From an uncultured Verrucomicrobiae bacterium (GTDB lineage: Bacteria > Verrucomicrobiota > Verrucomicrobiia > Opitutales > JABDGR01): a DNA stretch of 64,000 nt. The DNA is taken from NCBI GenBank assembly GCA_963765205.1, contig CAVXVB010000002.1, positions 57,364-121,363 of the forward strand. The letters are read 5' to 3'. Both the position numbers and the translations under genes were made by a program. The notes under the pieces are model-generated. The model was given only the letters and a program-made list of their open reading frames with translations, was not told where the DNA came from and did not search any database. Within the stretch, counting starts at the first letter, position 1. Each line of letters opens with the position of its first letter. This document shows, in pieces, positions 43,605 through 53,454 of this stretch.

Positions 43605-44604
43605 TCCCGCGCCGGCGAGCAGCGAGCAGATCAGGCCGACGTTGAAACGATGTCCGAGCTTCCAGCGGGCCGAGAAACGGCATCAAGAACAAAAAGCCGA
43701 CGATCAGCACGGGAATGATGATCGCGCCCCAGATTTCCGTCTGGCCGGGGAAGTATTTCAGAAATTGGTATAAAAATAGAAAATACCATTCCGGGCGCGC
43801 GGCGTCGTAAGGCTCGGCGGAGTTGGCCGGCGCGCCCAGTTCCGCGCCGTGGTAGCGCAGCACGAAAAACAGCACCGTCGCCAGCACCGCCAGGCAGGCC
43901 ACCGCGTCCTTGAGTACTTGGTCCGGCCAGAACGCCGCATCCACTTTTTTCAACGGCGTTTTCGGGGTGATGCCATGGCGGCGGAAAAGGTAAATATGCC
44001 CGACAATCAGCACCATGATCAACCCCGGCAGGACGCCGGCGTGGAAGGCCAGGAAGCGCGTCAAGGTCGGCGTGCCAAAATCGCCCCCGCCGACGGCGAG
44101 CCGCTGCACCGCCGGCCCGACGACCGGAATGATGCCTGCGATGTTCGTCACCACCCGCGTCGCCCAATAGCCCTTTTGATCCCACGGCAGCAGGTAGCCT
44201 GTCAGCGAAAGCCCGAGCACCAGCAGCAGCAAAACCAGCCCCGTCCACCAATTCAATTCGCGCGGCGCCTTGTAGGCTCCGTCAATCAATACTTGCATCA
44301 AATGCAGCACCAGCAGCACGATCATGGCCTGCGCAGTGAAATGATGCAGCCCGCGCACAAACCAACCTAGGAACATGTCATTCTGGATGTAATCAACGCT
44401 CTCCCACGAGGTCTGCGAACTTGCGCTGTAGGTGAACCACAGAAACACGCCGGTGACGAGCTGGATGAAAAGCGCGAAGGTCAGCGTGCTGCCCCAGGCG
44501 TAGCGCCAGCGCGCCCCGCCGGGCACGTTTTCGTAAAGCGCCTCGTGCGTGATTTTGCGGTAGCCCGTGCGCTGGTCGAGCCAGTTCAGAAAGGGTTGGA
44601 TCAT
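43477..44604 (-). CDS. petB: Cytochrome b (last ~60 codons look out-of-frame)
   Basis: GGARWRYAWGSTL, FVRGLHHFTAQAMI, LLPWDQKGYWAT and FLAFHAGVLPG. The tail after LMPFLGP is Arg-rich nonsense that overlaps the cyt c frame. Confidence 0.85.
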   Translation of the reverse strand: MIQPFLNWLDQRTGYRKITHEALYENVPGGARWRYAWGSTLTFALFIQLVTGVFLWFTYSASSQTSWESVDYIQNDMFLGWFVRGLHHFTAQAMIVLLVLHLMQVLIDGAYKAPRELNWWTGLVLLLLVLGLSLTGYLLPWDQKGYWATRVVTNIAGIIPVVGPAVQRLAVGGGDFGTPTLTRFLAFHAGVLPGLIMVLIVGHIYLFRRHGITPKTPLKKVDAAFWPDQVLKDAVACLAVLATVLFFVLRYHGAELGAPANSAEPYDAARPEWYFLFLYQFLKYFPGQTEIWGAIIIPVLIVGFLFLMPFLGPLEARTSFQRRPDLLAARRRGNVDLAGRERRRAQRALPGRRRAGRPGGCAGAISHAKQRRHST

Positions 44605-45188
44605 GCGCCGAGGGGCACTTTGGCAGCGGCGCCCGCTTGAAAGTTTTGGTAATGCACCCAGACTTCATTGCCGTTTTGGATGAAGCACTCCAGTTCGTCA
44701 AGTCCGCGCGAGGCGGGGCTGCCGGCCCGGGCGATTTGCCCATCGAGCTGGAACGAACTGTTATGGCAGGGGCAAAAATAACCGGGGCTGGGCGGCGTGT
44801 AATCGGGGATTTGCGACACGTATTCCACAAAGCACCCGGCGTGCGGGCAAGCGACATTGAAGGCCTTGACCGGCGGCTGCGCGCCTCTGGTGCGGATGAG
44901 GAACACCGCGCCGATGGCCGTTTCCGGCGTTTTGGTCCAGCCATTGACCTGGCTGGCGAGAACTTTGAATTGGCGCGGCACACCGTCGTCCGGCAAGGCA
45001 TCGAGCGTTGTCACCTTCACCTTGATCCCCGCGGTGCCGCCAGGCTGGGCGCGCAGCAACGGATCCAGATAAAAACCCACGCCCGCCGCCACTGGCACCG
45101 CGGTCAAAGCCCCGCCGAGGGCCACGCAACAGGCCTTTTTGAGGAAATCCCGCCGGTCGGACGGGTTAGGTTTTGGAGAGGCATGCAT
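44601..45188 (-). CDS. petA: Rieske 2Fe-2S subunit
   Basis: Tat-like SDRRDFLKKA. CPHAGC...CPCHNSSF. ATGA overlap with cytochrome b. Confidence 0.9.
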   Translation of the reverse strand: MHASPKPNPSDRRDFLKKACCVALGGALTAVPVAAGVGFYLDPLLRAQPGGTAGIKVKVTTLDALPDDGVPRQFKVLASQVNGWTKTPETAIGAVFLIRTRGAQPPVKAFNVACPHAGCFVEYVSQIPDYTPPSPGYFCPCHNSSFQLDGQIARAGSPASRGLDELECFIQNGNEVWVHYQNFQAGAAAKVPLGA

Positions 45189-45391
45189 TACTCAGATGGA
45201 GGATGAATCACCCATCTAAAAAAAATGTCCGCGTCAAGGCAATGACGAATGCCTGTCTGCCCCCTATTAATTGTAGGCCCGGGCTTAAGCGTAAGCGCGG
45301 CCCACGCGGCGCTCTGCCGCCGGAAGTTAATATATTGTTGCCGACACTCGTATCTTACTCCTTGCACGGAGTCGGCTGTTGGGCGCCGTTT

Positions 45392-45888
45392 CTATCCGCC
45401 CGTAATCGTGCCCGTGCCGGCACTTGTGCCCGACCCGTTGCTCGGCGCCGCGCCTGAACTGGTGCTTCCACCTGTGACCGTGCCGTTGCTGGCCCCGGTG
45501 CCGGATCCCTTGCTCGGCGCCGGTTGGGCTCCGGGGGTGATCATGGGAGTCGGAGAGGGTTGGTTTGCCGGAGGTGGTTGATTAGCCGGCGGGGGTGGGC
45601 GTTCTGGGTGTAAGGAGTCGGTACAACTCCATCAGCCGTAGCGGGTTGACCGTTTGGAGTGTAAGGGGTCGGTGCGGTCGTGTTTCCCGGCAGCGCAATG
45701 CCAGGATTATAATAAGGGTCGGGGCGGGCATGTTCCCGATGGGCGCGCCGCCGGGATTATAGGGCGTCGGCATTGGCGGCGTCGGTGGGGGGTGAGGTGG
45801 CCGGTGTCGCGGCTTGGGCCGCCGCAAACAGGTTGGTGAAACTGACCAAGGTGACGATTACCGCGGCATAGAGGGGGTTGATTTTCAC
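45392..45888 (-). pseudogene. Degenerate low-complexity secreted protein gene (signal peptide, then P/T/Y/N/G/S-rich, spread over several frames)
   Basis: GTG 45888 gives VKINPLYAAVIVTLVSFTNLFAAAQA..., then TAA at 45757. Protein-like PYNPGG / PTPYTPNGQP / PPPANQPPPANQ...GSGTGASNG segments continue in shifted frames to TAG 45392. Confidence 0.3.
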
Positions 45889-46101
45889 AGGTAAAAATTC
45901 GTAGCGGGGAGGTTGGATGATGCCCCGCTCTCAAATATTTAACCTAGCCTAACCGTTCGCGCTCGTTTTTGCCATGGGATGCTTGCCCACCATCGGTGCC
46001 ATTGGGGGGGAGGGCCGAACGGAAGCCAAAATCCCAAAGGGATTTGAATCCATCAGCCCTGGGGTTGCGAGTAACGAGCCACCCAGCAACTATGTTGAAA
46101 G

Positions 46102-46492
<391 letters not shown>

Positions 46493-46806
46493 TCAACCGG
46501 CAGCGCGGTTCGCACGTCCGCGTCACCACGCAACAGGGCGGCGAACACCACGAGGCCATTCCGAACCACCACCCCATCCGCACCGGCACGCTCTCCGGTA
46601 TTCTCAAAAGTGTCGCCGCGCATGACGGCCTCACGGTCGAGGAACTGGTGCAAAAGCTCGGCCTGTAGCCAGCCTATCGCGTTATATTCGTCTGCCGCCA
46701 AAGGGTGAAAATAGCCCTTCCCCTGAGGCCCAAAAACCGTAAACTAATGGCGTGTCCGCAACCGCGTAACTCGCTTTGCCCTTATTGGCCTCGGTGCCGA
46801 AAAAAC

Positions 46807-47953
46807 ATGCGCCGCCTGTTGTCCATATTTTTGGTTCTTTGGATGGTATCAGCGCTATCAACCACCCTCCAAGGTATGCCTACGATGCAAGTCGGCAGGC
46901 AATTCGCATCATACGTGATGCATAATGGTGGTCTCCGAGGGACAGACTTGAGCATCTATGACACTAAGCTGGGCTTGTTTGTCCGGTCTACCACCGGATT
47001 TGTAGGCGCTTGGAACCACTATGGCTGCTCTTTGAAAGAAGTTTTCCTCACTCCCGACCCCTTGGGCGTCTTTGGCCCCGACGGCCCCAACGTTTACGCT
47101 TATTGCCGACAGAACCCGTGGAACCAACTTTGACCCGGAGGGGTTGTCCACGGGTCAAGAATATGACGATGACATCTCGAATCTGACTTCGACGGTGAAT
47201 AATCAAGAGAACCAGATTGCCCAATTGAATGCCCAGGCCGCAGACGGCACCATCAATCCGCGCGACGCTGGCCTAGCCACTCTGCTGCAAGACAATCTTT
47301 CGGGATTGGAAGCCAAGATCGATAAAGACAAGGCGGCGAAGCAGAACCTAGTGGAGGTGTCCGCGCGATTTAATTCTTTGGCTGCCTTGAGCAATGACCC
47401 GGAGCGGCTAAACGCACAAACCCTGAATGACGATGGGTCGGATGCGGTTTACAACAACGCCAAGACCCTCTACGATAGCACCAATGCTATAGGACAGCAA
47501 ATCGGGATGATGGTTGGCACTGAGGGTATCGGCACGGTGGTCAAGGGGATTGACAGCCTCCTTGAGGCCCGGCAGGCCGCGAAGGCGGCAGATGAGGCAG
47601 CAGCATTGGAACCATACGGTGGTTCTGGTGGCGGACACCATATTCCAGCGAAAAGTGCCTTTACTGGGGCGGCTGGGTATAATGTTAATGAGGCATTAGC
47701 GGTTCCAAACGCAGAATTAGCTAGATTGGGTGTTGATCATGGCTTAGTATCAGGTGCTCAGCAGACTTTGTATCGGGCGTTTGCTCAAACAGGTCAACCA
47801 CTCACATGGGATGCAATGCAATCAATCGAGACGCAAGCGCTTGTTCGTGGCGGTATGAGTCAAGGAACTGCCCAGGCCACTGTTACCAAGGCTATTACTG
47901 CACTGAAAGCTGCTGGCGTAACTGGACCCACTCGGATACCATGGGGAGGATAA
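46807..47953 (+). pseudogene. Orphan Rhs/YD core-tip + C-terminal toxin (GHH-motif, HNH/EndoVII-like?), frameshifted at the core/toxin junction
   Basis: IYDTKLGLF...DPLGVFGPDGPNVYAYCRQNPW, then a shift at about 47120-47124, then NFDPEGL. This is the Rhs 'DPxGL-(N)-NxYxYxxNPxxxxDPxGL' end motif. The toxin region contains GGSGGGHHIPAKS. Confidence 0.6.
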
Positions 47954-47957
47954 TCAA

Positions 47958-48341
47958 ATGCCAAGTCCTGAAATTAAAGAATTTGCCAAGATACTTGTCC
48001 AACAAGTCAGGGATGCTGCTATCCAGAGCGGCGATCGTCGAACACGCGTAGATGCCATGCATATTGTTGCCAAGCGGTGGAAGGATGCTGCTCGTAATGA
48101 AAACCTAGAGCCCATCGCGGATGTCTTAATACCTGATATTGTTGACGACACGGTATTTCATTTGCTTAGGGCGATTGATCAAGGGCTTCTCCGGTTTTCA
48201 TTTACTGCTTCGAATGGGAAAGTGGTCAATTTGCCAGAGGATGGACTTGGTGAATTGTCTGGTTGGTATATGGGAAGTGGGGGCTGGCGCGCGATGTATT
48301 CTAATGAGCGATTCGTTGATGACTTTTCGGATCTTAAATAA
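47958..48341 (+). CDS. Putative cognate immunity protein
   Basis: 127-aa ORF beginning 4 nt after the toxin stop. AT-rich like the toxin 3' half. No signal peptide. Confidence 0.5.
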   Translation: MPSPEIKEFAKILVQQVRDAAIQSGDRRTRVDAMHIVAKRWKDAARNENLEPIADVLIPDIVDDTVFHLLRAIDQGLLRFSFTASNGKVVNLPEDGLGELSGWYMGSGGWRAMYSNERFVDDFSDLK

Positions 48342-48769
48342 ATACCCCCGCGCCAACCCCTCGCCCAGCGCATAACGGCGGCTAATAGTTGCGGATAAAC
48401 CTGGCCCGACTGGTCGCGTCCTGTCTCCGCCTGGCTCGACTTGGCTAACATTGTCCCGCCGTGGAAAGCATAACCGATTGTAATAAGTGGTCACAGCCGG
48501 TTGCGTCGGCGCGTTCCTGGTGGTAAAGGAAGGCGGCATGAGGCGATTCCACCACAGCAACGAAGGCACCCGCCCGCGCGCGCCGGAGATGCCGTGCCGC
48601 GCTAGCGGCACGGCGTCCCGGCGGGCGGGCGGTTTTAGTATATGTGCCATATCCCATCATTCCTCCTCCCGAGTAAGCCAGAGTGTACCAGAGCAGGACA
48701 AAAACAGATAACCCATTCCACTCCTCCAAAAGAAAAAAAGGGGCCCGGACAGGGTCAGGTAGCACCTTA

Positions 48770-49651
48770 GAGCTTATCCGTAAATAAGGATTGCGTTGAG
48801 AAGGCGGCGGGATAAACTGCGGGGATGCCGCGACTATCCTCCTGGGAAATCTCTGATGAATTCTGGGCCAAAGTCGAGCCTTTGGTTCCCGCGCGCGCCG
48901 GCCGGAAGGCGGGCGGGCGCTACCGTCGCGCCGCAGGCGCGGGCCGCAAGGCCCTCGCGCCTCGACGCATCTTCGAGGCGGTGGTTTACGTGCTGCGCAC
49001 GGGTTGCCAGTGGAAAGCGCTGTCCAAGGCCCGGTATGGCAGCGCCAGTTCCGTGCACAAATACTTTCAGCAGTGGCACGCCGCCGGATTCTTCGAGGCG
49101 TTGTGGCGGGCCGGTCTGGCCGACTACGATGAATTGGAGGGCATCGCGTGGCGGTGGCAAAGCATCGATGGCTCCCTGGTCAAGGCCCCTCTGGCGCGCG
49201 AAGCGGTGGGAGCCAACCCCACCGACCGGGGAAAAAAATGGGAGCAAGCGCAGCGTGCTGGTGGACGCCCGTGGCGTCCCGCTGTCGCTCATCGTCGCCG
49301 GGGCCAATGAACACGACGTGACGCTGGTGCGCCGCACGTTGCGCCAGCGCCACGACCGGCGCACGGCCCATTTGTGTGCCGACAAGGGTTACTGGGGGAA
49401 ACCGGGCCTGCGCACCATGCGCCAATACGGCTACCGTCCGCATGTGCCTGCCCGCGGAGCCAAACCAGCCCCGCGCCGATCCACCGGCCAAGCCCGTCGC
49501 TGGGTGGTGGAACGCACCGCTTCCTGGCTCAACCGCTACCGCAAACTCCTCGTGCGGTTTGAGAAAACCGCCGCCTCCCACGAAGCCTTGCTCTGTCTCG
49601 CCAGCGCGCTTATTGTTTGCAGACGAACAACTTTTATTTACGGATAAGCTC
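48770..49651 (+). mobile_element. IS5-family IS (IS427/IS1031-like), copy 1
   Basis: Terminal inverted repeats GAGCTTATCCGTAAATAA / TTATTTACGGATAAGCTC, flanked by TA on both sides. 882 bp. Confidence 0.9.
48825..49647 (+). CDS. IS5-family transposase (orfA-orfB via -1 frameshift on A7 at 49232-49238)
   Basis: orfA ISDEFWAKVEPLVP...LRTGCQWKAL...NPTDRGKK. orfB frame NGSKRSVLVDARGVPLSLIVAGANEHDV...ADKGY...RWVVERTASWLNRYRKL. Confidence 0.85.
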
Positions 49652-49750
49652 TAGGTCACCTCAGTGCCTTAGTCCCTTTGTTCCTTCTTTTGGCATCGCC
49701 TCGTGGGTCCCAATTCCCACAATGGGCCGCTTCCGGGCTGCCCCGCTGTC

Positions 49751-52207
49751 ATGGGAAAAAATCCATATCGCCGCGATCCCAATCAACCCGCGTCCGCCGC
49801 GGCGCGGGCGGCGCCATCGCCAAACCCGGCGGGCGCCGACCGGGCGGGTAGGGTGCCGACGCCGGCCAGTGCACCAGCTGGCCCGGTGCTTGGAGATAAG
49901 TCGGTTGTGGCTGGTGGTGCGCTGGCTGGGTCGGCTCCCGTTCACCGCGGGGCCGTCGCAAGCTACGCCCCTACCCTCGGGCAAATAGCAGCAGCAGACC
50001 CGTCCACCCCGCCGCCGCGGGTGGGTGGCAAACTTTGTTTGATCGGATTGGCGCTGGGGTTCGTGATTTTGGCGGCCTATGGCAATTCGTTTCACACGGG
50101 GCTGGTGCTGGACAATTCGGTGGTGATCGCCGCCGACCCGCGCATCACCCAGGTGACGCCCGACAACCTCCATCTGATTTTCACGCGCAACTACTGGTGG
50201 CCGGCGTTCGAGAGCGACCTTTACCGCCCGCTGACCACGCTGAGTTACCTGTTCAATTACGCCATTCTGGGCCGGGGCCAGACACCGACCGACCCGTTCG
50301 GCTACCACGTCCTGAATTTTCTGTTGCACTGGGCGAATGTCGTTCTCGTGCTGGTGATTGCGCGGCGGCTGTCCGGCCGGCTGGACGTGGCGGCGCTGGC
50401 AGCGGCGCTGTTCGCCGTGCATCCAGTGAATGTGGAATCGGTCACGAACATCATCGGGCGCGCGGACTTGCTGGCGACGTTGTCCATCCTGCTGGGCGGC
50501 TGGTGTTACCTGCGCGCGGCGGACACCACGGGCTGGCGCAAGGCCCTGTGGCTGACGGGCATGGGCTTTAACGCGCTGTGGGGGGTGTTTGCCAAGGAAA
50601 GCGCGGTGCTGATTGCCGCGTTTGTGTTTCTTTATGATTTATTCTGGCGCTGGCCGAAGCTGCCCGGCGCGGACTTTCTCCGCCGGCTGTTGCGCGCCTT
50701 CGTCGAATTCGGCCTGAAAGGCTACGTCGTGCTACTGCCGGCCGTCGGAGCGCTGTGGGCGGTGCGCAGTTATCTGACGTTCCACTCGCCGGTTTTTGGG
50801 CAGGTTTACGTGGACAATCCGATTTCCGGCGCGGACACCAAATTTCAAGGTGTCATGTCGGCGATCTATGTGCTGGGGCGTTACCTGGCACTAATGGTAT
50901 GGCCGCGGACGCTGGCCTGCGATTATTCCTACCACGAAATCCCGCTGTATGGCGAGCCGGGCGCGGGGTCGGTGGATTTGCTGGCCTGGGTGTCGCTGGT
51001 GGTGATTGCGCTGCTCATTGGGCTGGCCGTCTGGCGCTGGCGCACGCAGCCGCTGTATGCGTGGGGCGTGGCCATTTTCTTCCTCATGCAATTGCCCACC
51101 GCCAACTTGCTCTTCCCCATTGGCAGCATCATGGCCGAACGTTTTCTCTATCTGCCCTCGATTGGTTTTTGTGTGATGGCGGCGCAGGGCTTCCGGTTGC
51201 TGGCGGACAAACTGACGCAGCCGGCCGCCGCCCGCGAAATTTCGTCCTGGGCGTGGTGGTGGCTGTTTCCCGCCGTCGCCGTCACCGCGTTGGGCGCGCG
51301 CACTATCGTGCGCAATCAGGACTGGCAGAACGAACTTTCCCTCTGGCAAAGCGCCGCCGCCGCCGAGCCGGACAGCTTCAAAGTCCACAAGGGTCTCGCC
51401 AATGCGCTTCTGGCTGATGTGCTGGACAAACATAAAGGCGATCTGACTGCGGCAGAGCAGGGCGTGGATACCGCCATCGCCGAAGGGGAAAAAGGCCTCT
51501 ACATCCTCGACCATCCGCCACTGCCCCTGCCCAAGCAGGACAATACGCTCTATCAAGACATGGGCCGCTTTTACTGCGCCAAAGGCGAACTGCTCGAGCG
51601 CCGCGGCCAGGCGGACCAGGCGATGGCCTTTTATCAAAAGTCCGTGGCCGTGCTGCTGCGCGCCCGCGACGTGGACCACTACGCCAACGCAACTTCGCAC
51701 GCCGCATCCCTCAAACGCGGCCGCCCGGAATCCGAAATTTCCGACGTGGGCAATTACAACGTCTATGTCCTGCTGGACATGACCTACGAACACATGCGGG
51801 ATTGGACCGATGCGGAGGCCGCCAGCCGCTACATCCAGCGCCTCGCGCCTTATGAGACGGTCGGCTACCGCCAGGTCGCCAATGACTGCGCCAACCAGGG
51901 CCGCTTTGCCGAAGCCGCAAAACAAATCATCGAAGCCCTGCTGCTCAACACTGACGACACCAGCATGTGGCCCCGGCTGGCGGCCTATTTTCAGGCTATG
52001 GGCTTGAATCCCAATCCGGTGGCGCCCATCGGGCAAACCTACTCCCTCAACCAGTCCAACCCCATCGTGCGCGACATCATCAACCAGGCCGGGGTGGAAC
52101 TCGTCCACAATATCCAAGCCTACAAGCAATATGACCAGGCCAACGCCTTGCGCGACAAGTTCATCAAGTCTTACAATATTCCCGCCCAATTGTTTGACCA
52201 GCAGTAA
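49751..52207 (+). CDS. TMTC/DUF1736-like polytopic membrane protein with C-terminal TPR region (glycosyltransferase-39-like)
   Basis: NSFHTGLVLDNSVVI, YRPLTTLSY, HVLNFLLHWANV, HPVNVESVTNIIGRADLL and RFLYLPSIGF, followed by TPR-like helices. The start is uncertain (49703 or 49751). Confidence 0.7.
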   Translation: MGKNPYRRDPNQPASAAARAAPSPNPAGADRAGRVPTPASAPAGPVLGDKSVVAGGALAGSAPVHRGAVASYAPTLGQIAAADPSTPPPRVGGKLCLIGLALGFVILAAYGNSFHTGLVLDNSVVIAADPRITQVTPDNLHLIFTRNYWWPAFESDLYRPLTTLSYLFNYAILGRGQTPTDPFGYHVLNFLLHWANVVLVLVIARRLSGRLDVAALAAALFAVHPVNVESVTNIIGRADLLATLSILLGGWCYLRAADTTGWRKALWLTGMGFNALWGVFAKESAVLIAAFVFLYDLFWRWPKLPGADFLRRLLRAFVEFGLKGYVVLLPAVGALWAVRSYLTFHSPVFGQVYVDNPISGADTKFQGVMSAIYVLGRYLALMVWPRTLACDYSYHEIPLYGEPGAGSVDLLAWVSLVVIALLIGLAVWRWRTQPLYAWGVAIFFLMQLPTANLLFPIGSIMAERFLYLPSIGFCVMAAQGFRLLADKLTQPAAAREISSWAWWWLFPAVAVTALGARTIVRNQDWQNELSLWQSAAAAEPDSFKVHKGLANALLADVLDKHKGDLTAAEQGVDTAIAEGEKGLYILDHPPLPLPKQDNTLYQDMGRFYCAKGELLERRGQADQAMAFYQKSVAVLLRARDVDHYANATSHAASLKRGRPESEISDVGNYNVYVLLDMTYEHMRDWTDAEAASRYIQRLAPYETVGYRQVANDCANQGRFAEAAKQIIEALLLNTDDTSMWPRLAAYFQAMGLNPNPVAPIGQTYSLNQSNPIVRDIINQAGVELVHNIQAYKQYDQANALRDKFIKSYNIPAQLFDQQ

Positions 52208-52250
52208 TCCCCGCGCTTGCCCAAACGCGTTCGATGTTTACGCTCGCGGC

Positions 52251-53270
52251 ATGATTCCCCGCCTGGCCACTGCGCGCCTCGTGCTCGACGCCTACACGCT
52301 CGACGACGTGCCGGCGCTCGTCGAGCTGGCCGGGCATCCGGAAATTTTTGCGACGACTCTGCTCATCCCACATCCTTATACCGCCGACGACGCCCGGCGC
52401 TGGATCGCCGCCCACTTGCCTGATTTTGCCAATGACCAAGCCCTCAGCTTTGCCGTTCGCCACGAAGGGAAACTGGTTGGCGCGATGGCCTTGACCATCA
52501 ATCGCAAGCATGACCGCGCCATCCTCGGTTATTGGATTGGCCGCCCATTTTGGGGCCGGGGCTATGCGACGGAAGCGGCGCGCGCGGTTGTGGCCTATGG
52601 TTTCCAAAACCTGCGCCTGGAAAAAATTGAGGCCGAATATTTTGCCGGCAATCCCGCTTCCGGCCGGGTGATGGAAAAAGCCGGGTTGACGCGCGAAGGC
52701 TATCAGCCGCGTCATCGCAAGAAAGGTGAGACTTACGTTGACACCATTATCTATGGCATCACCCGTGCTGCCGCGCTCGCCGCGAGACTTTTCAATGAGG
52801 ATTCCTCCACAATCGTGGATCACACGGCAGGAACACCGACGAAGGCCCGTCATCCCGACGATCCGCCGCCGGCGGAGGAATTGGTTGCACCCGAGGCGAG
52901 TTCGATGGAGCGCGGGTTGGTGCTGCGCCATTTTCTCGGCAAGAACGTGGCCGAGATGGAGCAGGAATTGCGCGTTTACGGCCAGTCGCTGGCCGGCGAC
53001 TTCGCCCACCTTGCGCCGGGCGCGCTGGGGTATTATCTGAAATCCGCGGAAGCCTACCTTGCCAGCGAATTTGCCGAGGGCGACTGGGACTTTGCCCACG
53101 GACTGGCGGCGGCGCTGGACGCGCAACTCCGCCAGCCTGCGCTGCCGGCGGACACCCGTGCGCGCGCCGAAAAACTCCTCCGGCACCTGTGCGACCACGC
53201 CGCAAGATATTTTATCGAGGTGGACAAGCAGCCCTTCGCTGGCTGGGTCGCGGAGTCGCTGAAGGAGTAA
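52251..53270 (+). CDS. GNAT (RimJ/RimL-like) acetyltransferase with an unknown ~150-aa C-terminal domain
   Basis: LATARLVLDAYTLDD...WIGRPFWGRGYATEAARAVVAYGF...NPASGRVMEKAGL. Confidence 0.75.
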   Translation: MIPRLATARLVLDAYTLDDVPALVELAGHPEIFATTLLIPHPYTADDARRWIAAHLPDFANDQALSFAVRHEGKLVGAMALTINRKHDRAILGYWIGRPFWGRGYATEAARAVVAYGFQNLRLEKIEAEYFAGNPASGRVMEKAGLTREGYQPRHRKKGETYVDTIIYGITRAAALAARLFNEDSSTIVDHTAGTPTKARHPDDPPPAEELVAPEASSMERGLVLRHFLGKNVAEMEQELRVYGQSLAGDFAHLAPGALGYYLKSAEAYLASEFAEGDWDFAHGLAAALDAQLRQPALPADTRARAEKLLRHLCDHAARYFIEVDKQPFAGWVAESLKE

Positions 53271-53454
53271 ATTTTTCTCGCCCGTGGCGGATTCTGACAG
53301 CACCGCAATCCTGTTTTGGGCAATCGGTTTTGGGGCCGTTTGCGTCAATTCCTCAACGAACCGGTTACGCCCCGGTTAAATTTTAACATTCCCGCCGCAT
53401 TGCGCTTGGACTCGGGCCGCCTTTCGCCATAAACAGCGGAAACGGTTATCATCC

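Noticed and set aside
45249-45581. Plus-strand 110-aa ORF (Pro/Val/Leu-rich) as a real gene.
   Set aside because: It is the mirror of low-complexity sequence and has no signal or motif. The minus strand has a convincing signal peptide, so the plus-strand ORF is considered a shadow.
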